Shown: positions 8,509 to 17,993 of the stretch, in pieces | Numbering within the stretch: the first letter of the stretch is position 1 | How the letters are laid out: each line of letters begins with the position of its first letter | Source of the DNA: an uncultured Terrabacter sp. | GTDB lineage: Bacteria > Actinomycetota > Actinomycetes > Actinomycetales > Dermatophilaceae | Direction: 5' to 3' | DNA: 51,312 nt | NCBI GenBank assembly: GCA_966081555.1 | Contig: CBHRRQ010000001.1 | Location: 1-51,312, forward strand | The notes under the pieces: model-generated | Database searches by the model: none | What the model saw: only the letters and a program-made list of their open reading frames with translations | What the model was told of the DNA's origin: nothing | Program-made: the position numbers and the translations under genes

Positions 8509-9959
8509 CAGCCGAACCTCTCGTCGTGGATGTGGGTGGTCGGCACCCCGGCACGGTGAACCGCTCTGTGCACCAGAGACATCCAGATCGAAGGTCCGCA
8601 CAGGTACACCTCGTGCGCCGCGAGATCCGGAACGAGTCGGGCGAGGCGCGACGCGTCGGAGCCGTCCCCTCCGGCGTCGGCGGGAAGCATCGACCCGGGC
8701 ACCGGCGGCCCGACCAGCGTCTGCAGCCGGTGGCCGGCCAGGTCGGCGAGCCTCTCGAGCTCGTCGTGCAGGGGCAGCTGGTCCGGCGCGTCCGCGCGGT
8801 AGAGCACCTGGACGTCGCCGGGGAGGGCGTGGCCCTCGCTGACGAGCTCCTCGAGCAGCGCACGCACCGGGGTCACGCCGATACCGGCGGCGATGAGCAG
8901 CACCTGGCGCCGGACCCGTGCCTGGGTCGTGAAGGCACCGTAGGGGCCCTCCGCGAGCACGAACGTGCCCGGCTTGAGGCCACGGACGGCGGCCGAGTGG
9001 TCGCCGAGGCCACGCACCGTGATGCGCAGCGACCGGCCGTCCGGCGCGGCCGACAGCGACCACGGGTGCGCGGACAGCAGGAGCCCCGGCGTCACGAAGC
9101 GCCAGTTGAAGAACTGCCCGGCGCGGACGTCGAGACGGTCGAGGTGTCGGCCGCGCATGACGACCGACCACACGCCCTCGGACTCCTGCACCACCCGGTC
9201 GACGCGCAGGCCGTGCCGCGCGCTGCGCAGCACCGGCAGGGCGACGCGCCACAGCAGCACGCTGCCTGCGACGAGCACCCACAGCGCCCACCAGTAAACG
9301 CGTGTCCAGGCCGACGCGGTGAAGTCGGAGCCCAGCGACAGCTCGTGCGGGATCGAGAGGACGACCGCGGCGTACGCCGTGAGGTGCACGAGGTGCCAGG
9401 CCTCGTAGGCGAGGCGCCGGCGGGCGATCTGGACCGACGTGACGGCGATGACCACGAGCAGGAGCGTGGCGACGCCCGCCATCAGCAGGTCGTCGCCCCC
9501 CGTGACCATGGAGAGCAGCTCGTGCAGGGCGCCACCCAGTCCCGTGCGGCCGTCGCCGATGGCGGCGCCGACGACGATGGTGCCGACGTGCACGAGCACG
9601 AGCGGGACGGTGACCCGCCCCAGCACCCGGTGCGCCTTGAGCGCCCGGTCCATGCCGTAGACGCGGTCGACCCACGGCACGCGGGCCGCGAGAACGAGCT
9701 GGAGCAGGAGCAGGTCCATCGCGACGAGTCCGGTCAGGCGGCCGACCGCGGTGAGCCGGTCGCCTGCGCCGCCCGTCAGCAGGTCGTGGCTGCCGCCGTG
9801 CAGGAGGAACTGCGCGACGACGGCCAGCAGCGTGGCGACCGCGAGTGCCTCGAGCACGTCGGCGAGACGCTGTCGACGCCGGCGGAACGCGGCACCGCGA
9901 CCGAGAGCACGCCGGACACGCTCGCTGGTGCCCGGGCGCGCCGGCCTGTGGGATGTCAT
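8505..9959 (-). CDS. ferric reductase-like transmembrane protein with FAD/NAD-binding domain
   Basis: TM His pairs (AHRVLG...VHVG; WHLVH...PHEL), HPWSLS, EGPYG, AAGIGVTP, YLCGP, C-terminal ERFGW; start uncertain by about 10 codons. Confidence 0.92.
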   Translation of the reverse strand: MTSHRPARPGTSERVRRALGRGAAFRRRRQRLADVLEALAVATLLAVVAQFLLHGGSHDLLTGGAGDRLTAVGRLTGLVAMDLLLLQLVLAARVPWVDRVYGMDRALKAHRVLGRVTVPLVLVHVGTIVVGAAIGDGRTGLGGALHELLSMVTGGDDLLMAGVATLLLVVIAVTSVQIARRRLAYEAWHLVHLTAYAAVVLSIPHELSLGSDFTASAWTRVYWWALWVLVAGSVLLWRVALPVLRSARHGLRVDRVVQESEGVWSVVMRGRHLDRLDVRAGQFFNWRFVTPGLLLSAHPWSLSAAPDGRSLRITVRGLGDHSAAVRGLKPGTFVLAEGPYGAFTTQARVRRQVLLIAAGIGVTPVRALLEELVSEGHALPGDVQVLYRADAPDQLPLHDELERLADLAGHRLQTLVGPPVPGSMLPADAGGDGSDASRLARLVPDLAAHEVYLCGPSIWMSLVHRAVHRAGVPTTHIHDERFGW

Positions 9960-9993
9960 CGTGTTGCTCACGCAGCTGATGATCCGCACCGGA

Positions 9994-10011
9994 TCTCAGA
10001 AAGTTATGAGA
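9994..10011. promoter_or_regulatory. candidate OmpR/MprA-type box in the divergent promoter
   Basis: TCTCAG-N5-TATGAG on + and TCTCAT-N5-TCTGAG on -, resembling the MprA box TCTCAG-N5-TCTCAG. Confidence 0.45.
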
Positions 10012-10032
10012 TGTGGGAACGAGGGTGGGGCC

Positions 10033-10737
10033 ATGACAGAGGACGCGTCCGCCGGCGCACGCCCGTCTCCCTCTCGTGCGACGTCACCACGCCTCCTGCT
10101 CGTCGAGGACGACCGGGAGCTGTCCACGATGCTCGAGCGGCTGCTCACCGAGGAGGGGTATGCCGTCACGGCCGCCCGCGACGGGCAGGCCGGGCTGCAC
10201 CACGGTCTCGTCGCCGACTGGGACGTGCTCGTCGTCGACCGAGGCCTTCCCGGTGTCGAGGGGCTCGACCTGGTCACTCGCCTGCGGCGCAAGGGCGTGG
10301 CGGCGCCGGTGCTCTTCCTGACGGCGCGAGGCACCGTGGCCGACCGCGTCGAGGGCCTCGACGCCGGCGCCCAGGACTACCTCGTCAAGCCGTTCGACGT
10401 CGACGAGCTGCTCGCCCGGCTGCGAGCGATGCTGCGGCCCCCGGGCGCGCAGGCCGAGGAGCTGTCGGTGGGCGGTCGGCGCTTCGTCGTGGAGGAGCAC
10501 CGCATCGTCGGGCCCGGCGAGGACGTGCTGCTCTCGACGCGGGAGGCGGCCCTGCTCGAGGTCCTGGCCCGCCGGCCCACGCGGGTCTTCACGCGTGACG
10601 AGCTGCTCGACGCCGCCTTCACCCGGGCCGACACCCTCGGCGCGGTCGACACCTACGTCTACTACCTGAGACGCAAGCTGGGGCGAGCCGTCGTCGAGAC
10701 CGTCCACGGGGTCGGCTACCGCCTGGGCTCCTCGTGA
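10033..10737 (+). CDS. OmpR/PhoB-family response regulator
   Basis: LLVEDD, VVDRGLP, FLTAR, DYLVKPF, winged helix VDTYVYYLRRKL...TVHGVGY. Confidence 0.95.
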   Translation: MTEDASAGARPSPSRATSPRLLLVEDDRELSTMLERLLTEEGYAVTAARDGQAGLHHGLVADWDVLVVDRGLPGVEGLDLVTRLRRKGVAAPVLFLTARGTVADRVEGLDAGAQDYLVKPFDVDELLARLRAMLRPPGAQAEELSVGGRRFVVEEHRIVGPGEDVLLSTREAALLEVLARRPTRVFTRDELLDAAFTRADTLGAVDTYVYYLRRKLGRAVVETVHGVGYRLGSS

Positions 10738-12074
10738 TGGGCCGGGCCGCGGGGCAGGAGGACCCGTTCGCGCGGGCCTCACGCTCGATCGCCGCACGTG
10801 TGGGCGCGACGACGGCCGTCGTCGTGCTGGTGGCCATCCTGGGCGCCGGCCTGCTCTTCGACCGGCAGCAGGCGGCCGACATCCGGCGACAGGTCGAGGC
10901 GTCGGTCGCCACCGTCGACGACGTGGTGGACGCTCCGGCCGGCATCTGGCTCGTGGAGGTCGGACCCACCGGCGTCCAGACGACGACGGGCACCCCGGCG
11001 GCGGTGGCCGCCGCCGCTGCCGCCGCCCTCCGTTCGGCGGTCGCCGGGGCGCCCGGCGCCACGGTCGGTCAGGGCTCGTCGGTCCCGTTGGCCGTCGCGG
11101 CCGCGGGCAGGGACTGGCCCGCTGCGGGGGTCAGTCGGGACGACCGCCTCTTCGCGGCGGTCTACGACGTGCGCCTGCACGCGAGCCAGGAACGCAGCCT
11201 GCTCGTGGCCATGGGTCTGGCGGGCCTCGTGGGCGTCGTGCTGTCGGCCCTCACCGGCCTGCTGGCCGGGCGGCGGGCCGTGCGTCCCCTCGCCGAGGCG
11301 CTCGAGCTCCAGCGCCAGTTCATCGCCGACGCGAGCCACGAGCTGCGCACCCCGCTGGCGGTCATCAGCACCCGCGCCCAGCTCCTGCGCAGGAGCATCC
11401 GCGCCACGCACTCCGCGCACGTCCCCGGGGGTGGAGAGCCCGGGCACCCGGACGGGCGCGACGACGTCGTGCGTGAGGCGGACCAGCTGGTCGAGGACAC
11501 CAAGGCCATGGGAGAGGTGCTCTCCGACCTGCTCCTGTCCGCGCAGCTCGACGCCGGCGAGGCGCCCCGTGAGGTCGTCGACGTGGCTGCCGTGGCCCGC
11601 GACGTCGTGGTGTCGCTGCGGCCGTATGCCGCCCAGTCGGGTGTCGTCGTCGAGTGGCGGGGCGTCCTGGCCCGCTCAGGCCCGAGAGGTGACGGTGACG
11701 CGGACCGCGACACCGCGGTGGCCGTCGTGGACGGGGTCTCGACGAGCCTGCGACGCGCGGTGCTCGCGCTGGTGGACAACGCGATCGCCCACTCCGAGCC
11801 CGGCGCGTCCGTCGAGGTCGCCGCGCGCCGCACCGCTGGCGAGGTGCGGCTCGAGGTCGTCGACCACGGTCCCGGCGTGGCGGCGGACGAGCTCGAGGCG
11901 CTGACCCGCCGGTTCGCGCGAGCGCGTCGCGACACCCCCGACCGGCGGTTCGGGCTCGGCCTGGCGCTCGTCACCCAGATCGTGCGCCACCACTCGGGTT
12001 CGCTCGACGTCACCCCCACCGACGGCGGCGGGGCCACCTTCAGCCTCGTGCTGCCGGCATCGGCGGCCGGCTGA
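10734..12074 (+). CDS. membrane sensor histidine kinase
   Basis: Two TM segments, H-box ADASHELRTPL, N-box LVDNAIAH, DHGPG, GLGL. Confidence 0.95.
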   Translation: MMGRAAGQEDPFARASRSIAARVGATTAVVVLVAILGAGLLFDRQQAADIRRQVEASVATVDDVVDAPAGIWLVEVGPTGVQTTTGTPAAVAAAAAAALRSAVAGAPGATVGQGSSVPLAVAAAGRDWPAAGVSRDDRLFAAVYDVRLHASQERSLLVAMGLAGLVGVVLSALTGLLAGRRAVRPLAEALELQRQFIADASHELRTPLAVISTRAQLLRRSIRATHSAHVPGGGEPGHPDGRDDVVREADQLVEDTKAMGEVLSDLLLSAQLDAGEAPREVVDVAAVARDVVVSLRPYAAQSGVVVEWRGVLARSGPRGDGDADRDTAVAVVDGVSTSLRRAVLALVDNAIAHSEPGASVEVAARRTAGEVRLEVVDHGPGVAADELEALTRRFARARRDTPDRRFGLGLALVTQIVRHHSGSLDVTPTDGGGATFSLVLPASAAG

Positions 12075-12223
12075 CCACTGCGCCTCCTCGGCGGCCATGA
12101 GCCCCGCACCGGGCGTCCCAGCGCAGGCCCACGTCATGCACCGCCGCCGAGGGCGTCGTCAGGGGTGAGGATGCCCGGCGCGGGCCCGCCACGCGGGACG
12201 ACGCTCGGGACGGAAGGAGCACG

Positions 12224-12451
12224 ATGTCGATGTTCATGCTTGCGACACCCGTGGCCGGCCTGGTGCTGATGGTCAGCCTGCAGAAGGTCGAGGAATGGCT
12301 GCTCCGACGGGAGGACGGCGCCGGGAGGCAGCCGGACTCAGCTCCGAGAGTGCGGAGCGGCGGGGTCGAGCACGTCGCCACCGGCGGGGTCGCGCAGCGA
12401 CGTGGAGGTGAGGAAGGGGCGCAGCAACGGGTCCCGGTCGATCTCCGGTGA
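12224..12451 (+). CDS. putative small membrane protein
   Basis: GGAAGGAG RBS and hydrophobic N-terminus MSMFMLATPVAGLVLMVSLQKVEEWLL; the 3' half overlaps the convergent gene. Confidence 0.4.
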   Translation: MSMFMLATPVAGLVLMVSLQKVEEWLLRREDGAGRQPDSAPRVRSGGVEHVATGGVAQRRGGEEGAQQRVPVDLR

Positions 12452-13453
12452 CCGGCGGGCGACCCCTGCAAGGAGGTCAGCCACCTGCACGCGCGGGTCG
12501 TCCCGCGAGTCGACCGTGATCAGGCCCGCGAGCGGCGACAGCTGCCCGAGCGCCGACACGTCGACCCCCGAGCCGTCAGGGGCGGGGGAGCGTCTCCCCA
12601 CCCACTCGGGAGCCTCGGCGAGCGTCTGCTGGAGCCGCCGCAGACGGGTGGCGGTGAGCGCGCTCTGCTCGTCGTGCACGACGAGCACCTGCCGACGACC
12701 AGCGCTCCAGAAGAGCACGGTCTCGGCGAGGGCAGGCAGCATCGGCTCGAGCGGCGGGGGCACGGCGGGGTCGTCCCCGGCCAGCCGCGCCAGGACCGCA
12801 CGGGTGCGGGTGCGTGTCAGCGCGGCGAGCACGGCCCCCGCAGCAGCGTCGACGCCCCGCGTCCCAAGGCCTTCGGCCAGCGCGTCACGCGTGCGGAAGA
12901 ACGCGCCGACGAGTCGTCGCTCCGTCGGGTGCCGCTTCTTCGTGCGCACCAGCTCGACGAAGCACGACAGGAAGGCGTGCCAGTCGCTCCCGCGCGAGCG
13001 TCCCGCTCGGTAGAGGGCCAGGGCGGCGGGACGCAGGTCGACGCTGAGACTGGTCCCGTCGGCATACGACGGCTCCGCCAGGAGCAGGTCCACGACCCGC
13101 GTGGCCAGGAAGAGCTCCTTGTCGACGACGTGCACGTGCGCCCGGTCGGTCAACGCGGCAAGCAGGGGCTCCAACGTCTCGCGCGCACGCGGTCCGCGCA
13201 GCAGCTGTCCGGACTTGAACTCGCCGGGCGGCCAAGAGGATCCGGACTTGAGCCCCTCGACGAGATCCGCCGCCTCGTCGAGGCCCAGGTCGACGCTCGC
13301 GTGGGTGAACACCGGAGTGGCGGCATCGAGCAGGTTGGTGCCGGAGAACCCGGACTCGTCGCAAGCCACCTCGACGACCGGCAGGACCGTCCCACCGGAG
13401 GTCTCGAGCGGCGGCAGCCCACCCTGCAGGGGTAGGCGCGCGTGCAGGTCCAC
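12338..13453 (-). CDS. DUF3800-like protein (predicted RNase H-like acidic catalytic residues)
   Basis: VACDESG, EFKS, VVHDEQ, DSRDDPRVQVADLLAG; start uncertain. Confidence 0.7.
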   Translation of the reverse strand: MDLHARLPLQGGLPPLETSGGTVLPVVEVACDESGFSGTNLLDAATPVFTHASVDLGLDEAADLVEGLKSGSSWPPGEFKSGQLLRGPRARETLEPLLAALTDRAHVHVVDKELFLATRVVDLLLAEPSYADGTSLSVDLRPAALALYRAGRSRGSDWHAFLSCFVELVRTKKRHPTERRLVGAFFRTRDALAEGLGTRGVDAAAGAVLAALTRTRTRAVLARLAGDDPAVPPPLEPMLPALAETVLFWSAGRRQVLVVHDEQSALTATRLRRLQQTLAEAPEWVGRRSPAPDGSGVDVSALGQLSPLAGLITVDSRDDPRVQVADLLAGVARRSPEIDRDPLLRPFLTSTSLRDPAGGDVLDPAAPHSRS

Positions 13454-13565
13454 GCGCTCATGCTCACCCGCAGGCGCCCTGCGCACCAAGGACTTTTCGC
13501 CCCGACAGCGACGGCCCCCGCGCGACCGCACCCGGCGGCATACGTGATGGGGGTGGGCTGGCGGG

Positions 13566-14333
13566 CTACAGCACCTGTGACAGGAACCGCTGCAGGCGCT
13601 CGGTGCGGGGCGCCTCGAAGACCTCCGCGGGGTCGCCGGACTCCACGACCCGACCATGGTCCATGAAGAGCACCTGCTGGGCGACCGACCGCGCGAAGCC
13701 CATCTCGTGGGTGACGACGAGCATCGTCATCCCCTCGGCGGCGAGGTCGGCCATCGTCGCGAGCACGCCCTTGACGAGCTCGGGGTCGAGCGCAGAGGTG
13801 GCCTCGTCGAAGAGCATCACCTCGGGCTCCATGGCGAGGGCTCGCGCGATGGCGACCCGCTGCTGCTGGCCGCCGGAGAGGTTGCCGGGACGCACATCGG
13901 CCTTGTGCGCCAGGCCGACCCGGTCGAGGTGGACGAGGGCGCGCTCGGCCGCCTCGTCCTTCGACAGTCCCTTGAGGCGGGTCAGCCCGAGGGTGATGTT
14001 GGCTCGAACCGTCCTGTGCGGGAACAGGTTGAAGTGCTGGAAGACCATGCCGACCCGCTGGCGCAGCACGTCGGGGTCGTCCGCGAGCACGCTCCGGCCG
14101 TCGAGCAGCACGTCGCCGCTGTCGGGTTCCAGCAGCCGGTTGACGACGCGCAGCAGGGTGGACTTGCCGGAGCCGGAGGGCCCGATGATGCACGCCGTGG
14201 ACGCGGAGGGGACATCGAGGTCGACGCCGCGCAGCACGTGGTTGGAGCCGAACGAGAGGTGGACGTCGCGGGTGGCGACGCCGACACCACGGCCCGGCGT
14301 GGTGGTGCGCGACGAGCGGGTCTGCTGGGTCAT
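13566..14333 (-). CDS. polar amino-acid ABC transporter ATP-binding protein
   Basis: GPSGSGKST, LSGGQQQRVAIARAL, FDEATSALDPE, VTHEMGFA. Confidence 0.96.
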   Translation of the reverse strand: MTQQTRSSRTTTPGRGVGVATRDVHLSFGSNHVLRGVDLDVPSASTACIIGPSGSGKSTLLRVVNRLLEPDSGDVLLDGRSVLADDPDVLRQRVGMVFQHFNLFPHRTVRANITLGLTRLKGLSKDEAAERALVHLDRVGLAHKADVRPGNLSGGQQQRVAIARALAMEPEVMLFDEATSALDPELVKGVLATMADLAAEGMTMLVVTHEMGFARSVAQQVLFMDHGRVVESGDPAEVFEAPRTERLQRFLSQVL

Positions 14334-15121
14334 CGAGGCTCCTGACTGAGGGCGAGCTCGGTGCGGGGTGCGGGATCGGCTGTGCTGCCAGGGATCTCGG
14401 AGTCGGCGCCGTCGGCCCGGCGCCCCTCGCGCAGCCGCCGGTCGATGGCGTTGACGACGTGGGTCAGGGGCACGGTGCTGAGCAGGTAGAACAGCCCCGC
14501 CAGCACGAGCGCGGACTGGTTGCCGGTGTTGGCGGCAGCGTCCTGACCGATGCGGAAGAGGTCGCGCTGGCTCGCCAGCAGACCGAGGAAGTAGACGAGC
14601 GACGACTCCTTGATCAGGGCGATGAACTGGTTGACGAGGGCGGGCAGCACCCTCCGCACGCCCTGCGGGATGACGACGAGCCACATGCCCGACGGTCGGC
14701 TGAAGCCGAGTGCCCGCGCCGCCTCCAGCTGCCCGGAGTCGACGCTCTGGATGCCGGAGCGGAAGATCTCGCCGATGTAGGCGCTGGCGATGAGCGACAG
14801 GGCGAGGATGCCGAGCGGATAGGGGTTGGGACCCCAGACCTCGAGGCCGAGCGGCGCGAGCCCCACCCCGATGAGCAGGATCGTCACGGCCGCAGGCAGC
14901 CCGCGGAACACGTCGGTCCAGACGCGTGCCGGCCAGCGCAGCCACCGGTGCTGCGACAGCCCGCACACCGCGAGCACCATGCCGAGCACGGTGCCGATGA
15001 GGGCCGAGAAGAGGGCCAGGACGAGCGTGTTGGGCAGCCCGACGCGCAGCATGTCGGGCAACGCCGCCCGCATGGCGTCGAGGTCGAAGAAGGTGTCCCA
15101 CACGGTGTTCAGGGCGTCCAT
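14330..15121 (-). CDS. polar amino-acid ABC transporter permease
   Basis: FRGLP, AYIGEIFRSGIQSVDSGQLEAARALG, LIKESSL. Confidence 0.95.
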   Translation of the reverse strand: MDALNTVWDTFFDLDAMRAALPDMLRVGLPNTLVLALFSALIGTVLGMVLAVCGLSQHRWLRWPARVWTDVFRGLPAAVTILLIGVGLAPLGLEVWGPNPYPLGILALSLIASAYIGEIFRSGIQSVDSGQLEAARALGFSRPSGMWLVVIPQGVRRVLPALVNQFIALIKESSLVYFLGLLASQRDLFRIGQDAAANTGNQSALVLAGLFYLLSTVPLTHVVNAIDRRLREGRRADGADSEIPGSTADPAPRTELALSQEPR

Positions 15122-15157
15122 CCGGCCCTCCTCTCGGGTGTCTGGTTCGGTGGGTGG

Positions 15158-15985
15158 CTACGGGGCGCTCGTGCCGCTGCCGGGCTTGAAGTCGGCAGGG
15201 ATCTCGCGGCCCGGGTAGTACTGCTTCTGCAGCTTCGCCCACGTGCCGTCGGCGACGACCTCGTCAATCGCCTTGTCGAGCGCAGCACGCAGCTTGTCGT
15301 TGCCGGGTGCGACCGCGTAGGCCATGCCGCCCGGGTCGAGCTGCTTGGCGACCGAGAGGACCTTGCCGCCCGAGTCGGCGGCGGTCTTCTCGCCGATCTC
15401 GGCGGGCGTGATCCAGGCGTCCGCCGTGCCGGCCTTGAGCTGGTTGAGGGCCGCGTTGTAGTCCGGGACGCGGACCGGGTTGAGGTTCGAGCGCGTGGCG
15501 TAGTCGTCCTGCACGGTGCCCTGGACGACGGCGACGCGCTTGCCTGCGAGCTGGTCGAACGACGTGATGGTCGAGCCCTTCGGCACGTCGAGGCCGAGGA
15601 AGCCGAAGTCGTACTTGTTCGTGAAGTCGACGGTCTTCTTGCGGGCCTCGGTGATGCTGATCGAGGAGGACCCGACGTCGAACTTGCGCGTCTTGACCTG
15701 GGCGAGGAGCGAGCTGAACTCGGTGCCGACGAACTCGACCTTGAGGCCGAGCTTGCCGGCGACGGCGGTCAGCAGGTCGTTGTCGAAGCCGGTGAACGTG
15801 CCGTCCTTGAGGAAGACGTTGGGCGGGGCGTCGGTCAGCGTGCCGGCGCGCAGCACGCCCGCCTGCTGGAGGCCGTAGGGGTTGGCTGCGGCGTCCGCAC
15901 CGGAGGAGCCGCTTCCGCACGCGGCGAGGGACAGGGCGGCGACGGCGACGACGGAGGCGGTCAGCGTCCGGCGGGACAGGTTCAT
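15158..15985 (-). CDS. amino-acid ABC transporter substrate-binding lipoprotein (SBP family 3)
   Basis: Lipobox LAAC, GFDNDL, ISITEARKKTVDF; GAAGGA RBS. Confidence 0.94.
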   Translation of the reverse strand: MNLSRRTLTASVVAVAALSLAACGSGSSGADAAANPYGLQQAGVLRAGTLTDAPPNVFLKDGTFTGFDNDLLTAVAGKLGLKVEFVGTEFSSLLAQVKTRKFDVGSSSISITEARKKTVDFTNKYDFGFLGLDVPKGSTITSFDQLAGKRVAVVQGTVQDDYATRSNLNPVRVPDYNAALNQLKAGTADAWITPAEIGEKTAADSGGKVLSVAKQLDPGGMAYAVAPGNDKLRAALDKAIDEVVADGTWAKLQKQYYPGREIPADFKPGSGTSAP

Positions 15986-16225
15986 TCGAGTTCCTTCTTC
16001 GGGTTTCGGGCAGGCAAGCGGGCAGGCAAGCTGGCAGGTGTTCCGGACACAGCAGGAGGACGGGCCACGGCAGGCGGGGCGCCCGGGCCACGGCTCGGAC
16101 CTGCCCGTCGGCGGCGGTGCCGACGGGGACGGTGCGTCAGGTCGCGGTCCCGCTCGGCCGCCGGCCCGGGCAGGGGGGGTGGACGAGCGCGACCCGGGCG
16201 CGGTGCAACGGCTCCGCTGCGGTTC

Positions 16226-16241
16226 CTTTCGCGAACGTCAC
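16226..16241 (-). promoter_or_regulatory. candidate GlnR box upstream of the amino-acid ABC operon
   Basis: Minus strand GTGAC-N6-GAAAG versus consensus gTnAc-N6-GaAAc. Confidence 0.45.
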
Positions 16242-16363
16242 GTTATAGGACGCCAAACGTGAGGTGATAATCGGTCCGTGCTTCGGACCGTCGTCCAAGG
16301 AAGGCTCAAGGTCGGGTCCGTATCGTCGAGTGCGTCGAGGGCCGCTTCGAGGGGGTCGAGCCG

Positions 16364-17032
16364 GTGGGGAACCTGACATGGGTGCGATGGGTGCGCGCCG
16401 CCGTGCTGTCGCTGCTCGTCGTGGGCAGCACCCTCGCTGCGCACGTCGGCGGCGGCGGTGGGTTGCCGGACCTCGCGATGCTGCTTCCCGTCTGTGCCCT
16501 GGTGACTCTCGTCGCGGCCGCCGTGCTGCGACGCCCCCTGACGTGGTGGTGGTCCGCGACGGTGCTGCTGGGCGGACAGGCCGCGCTCCACGGAGCGCTG
16601 CAGCTGGTGCCTGCCACGGCCGCAGCGACCGGGACGGCCGGCATGCCCGCCCATGCTCCCGGCGGCGCCGGAGCGCACCTCGGGGCCGAGCCCGCCGTGA
16701 CGGCACTCAGGGCACTGAGGGCGCTGACGGAGTGGAGCGCCGACGCCCGCATGGTCGTGGCCCACGTCGGCGCTGCGGTCCTGGTCGGCGCATGGCTGGC
16801 GGCAGGTGAGCGGGCCGTGTGGTCCGTGCTAGCCCTGGCGGCCGGCTCGACGAGGAGTGTCTGGCCGCGGCTGTGGCACGTCCTGCTGGCCCCGAGCCTC
16901 CCATCGGTCGTCCTGCCACTGCGCCGGCTCGCTCCGTGGGTCGCCGCCGTCGTGCCGTGCAGGCGAGAGCACGCTGGTTCGTGCGCCACGCGGCGTGGCC
17001 CACCTGCAGGGCGCTGCGCCCCGCTCCGGTAG
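16364..17032 (+). CDS. His-containing multi-pass membrane protein ending in RRGPP; leader of the copper operon
   Basis: About 4-5 hydrophobic segments with LAAHV, ALHG and VAHV; C-terminus CRREHAGSCATRRGPP; lies directly upstream of YcnI and CopC/D genes. Confidence 0.75.
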   Translation: MGNLTWVRWVRAAVLSLLVVGSTLAAHVGGGGGLPDLAMLLPVCALVTLVAAAVLRRPLTWWWSATVLLGGQAALHGALQLVPATAAATGTAGMPAHAPGGAGAHLGAEPAVTALRALRALTEWSADARMVVAHVGAAVLVGAWLAAGERAVWSVLALAAGSTRSVWPRLWHVLLAPSLPSVVLPLRRLAPWVAAVVPCRREHAGSCATRRGPPAGRCAPLR

Positions 17033-17124
17033 ACGAGTTCGCTTCTGGTGAGTCGAACGGTGCTGCGGCGCAACATGATCCAGCCGTGAACCCTGTAGAC
17101 CCATCGTCAGAAACGAGCCCAGCC

Positions 17125-17976
17125 ATGTTCCAGAAGTCACGAAGCGCTCTGCGCCGCAATGCCATCCGCATCGGCGCGGGTGCCGGCGTCGTCCTCGCGA
17201 CCACCCTCGCACTGCCGGGCATCGCCTCGGCCCATGTGAGCATCGAGCCCGGAACAGTCGAGGGCGGAGAGGGCGCGGTCATCGCCGTCCGGGTGCCGAA
17301 CGAGAGGGACGACGCGAGCACCACCTCCCTGAAGCTGGTGCTCCCCGTCGAGACCCCGATCGGGTCGGTGCGCACCACCGAGATGCCGGGCTGGAAGGCG
17401 ACCACTGCGACACGCAAGCTCACCCAGCCCATCGACGTCTTCGGCCGCAAGGTCGACACCGTCGTCTCCCAGGTCACCTGGACCTCGACGGACGGCGTCG
17501 GAATCCGTCCGGGGCAGTACAAGGACTTCAACCTGAGCCTCGGACCGCTCCCCGAGTCGGGCGAGCTCGTGTTCTCGGCGGTGCAGACGTATGCCGGCGG
17601 TCAGACCGTGAGCTGGAACGAGGTGAGCGCTGACAAGACCACCGAGCCGGAGCACCCGGCGCCGGTCCTGGAGATCACCCCTGAGGCGGGCGTTGCCGGG
17701 ACTGCCGGGACTGCCGGAACTGCGGGTGCCGACAGCGGCGCGGGCAAGGACGCTTCGGCCGGTGCCAGCGGGTTCCCGACGACCGCCGTCGCGACGCCGA
17801 CCGCCGCTGACGCGACCGGGACCGCCTCGCTCGCGCTGTCGGGAGCCGCACTCGCCGTCTCGGTCTTCGCGGCCGTCCTGGCGTGGCGTCGCGGCCGACC
17901 GGCGGCCGCTGCGTCCGGGCGCCGGGCGCCGGCCGCCACCGCCACGGAGCGCGCGCCGGAGGACGCGCGGCCCTGA
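17125..17976 (+). CDS. YcnI-family (DUF1775) copper-binding membrane protein
   Basis: Signal peptide ASA|HVSIEP exposing an N-terminal His, RVPNE, PGW, QTY...W, EHPAPVL, C-terminal TM anchor. Confidence 0.92.
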   Translation: MFQKSRSALRRNAIRIGAGAGVVLATTLALPGIASAHVSIEPGTVEGGEGAVIAVRVPNERDDASTTSLKLVLPVETPIGSVRTTEMPGWKATTATRKLTQPIDVFGRKVDTVVSQVTWTSTDGVGIRPGQYKDFNLSLGPLPESGELVFSAVQTYAGGQTVSWNEVSADKTTEPEHPAPVLEITPEAGVAGTAGTAGTAGADSGAGKDASAGASGFPTTAVATPTAADATGTASLALSGAALAVSVFAAVLAWRRGRPAAAASGRRAPAATATERAPEDARP

Positions 17977-17993
17977 CCGGTGCGGACACGTCC

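Noticed and set aside
10158-10167. Similarity of the iterated octamer to the Neisseria uptake sequence ATGCCGTCTGAA
   Set aside because: Only ATGCCG is generally shared and downstream bases are not conserved among the 17 copies, so homology is unsupported
15986-16363. Amino-acid riboswitch or T-box in the ABC importer leader
   Set aside because: GC-rich hairpins and a short GGCAGGCAAGC duplication are present, but no recognisable aptamer consensus; an Rfam scan would settle it
17694-17722. 9-bp repeats in ycnI (AGT x3) and GAGCCC repeats at about 8305-8328
   Set aside because: Ordinary in-frame low-complexity linkers
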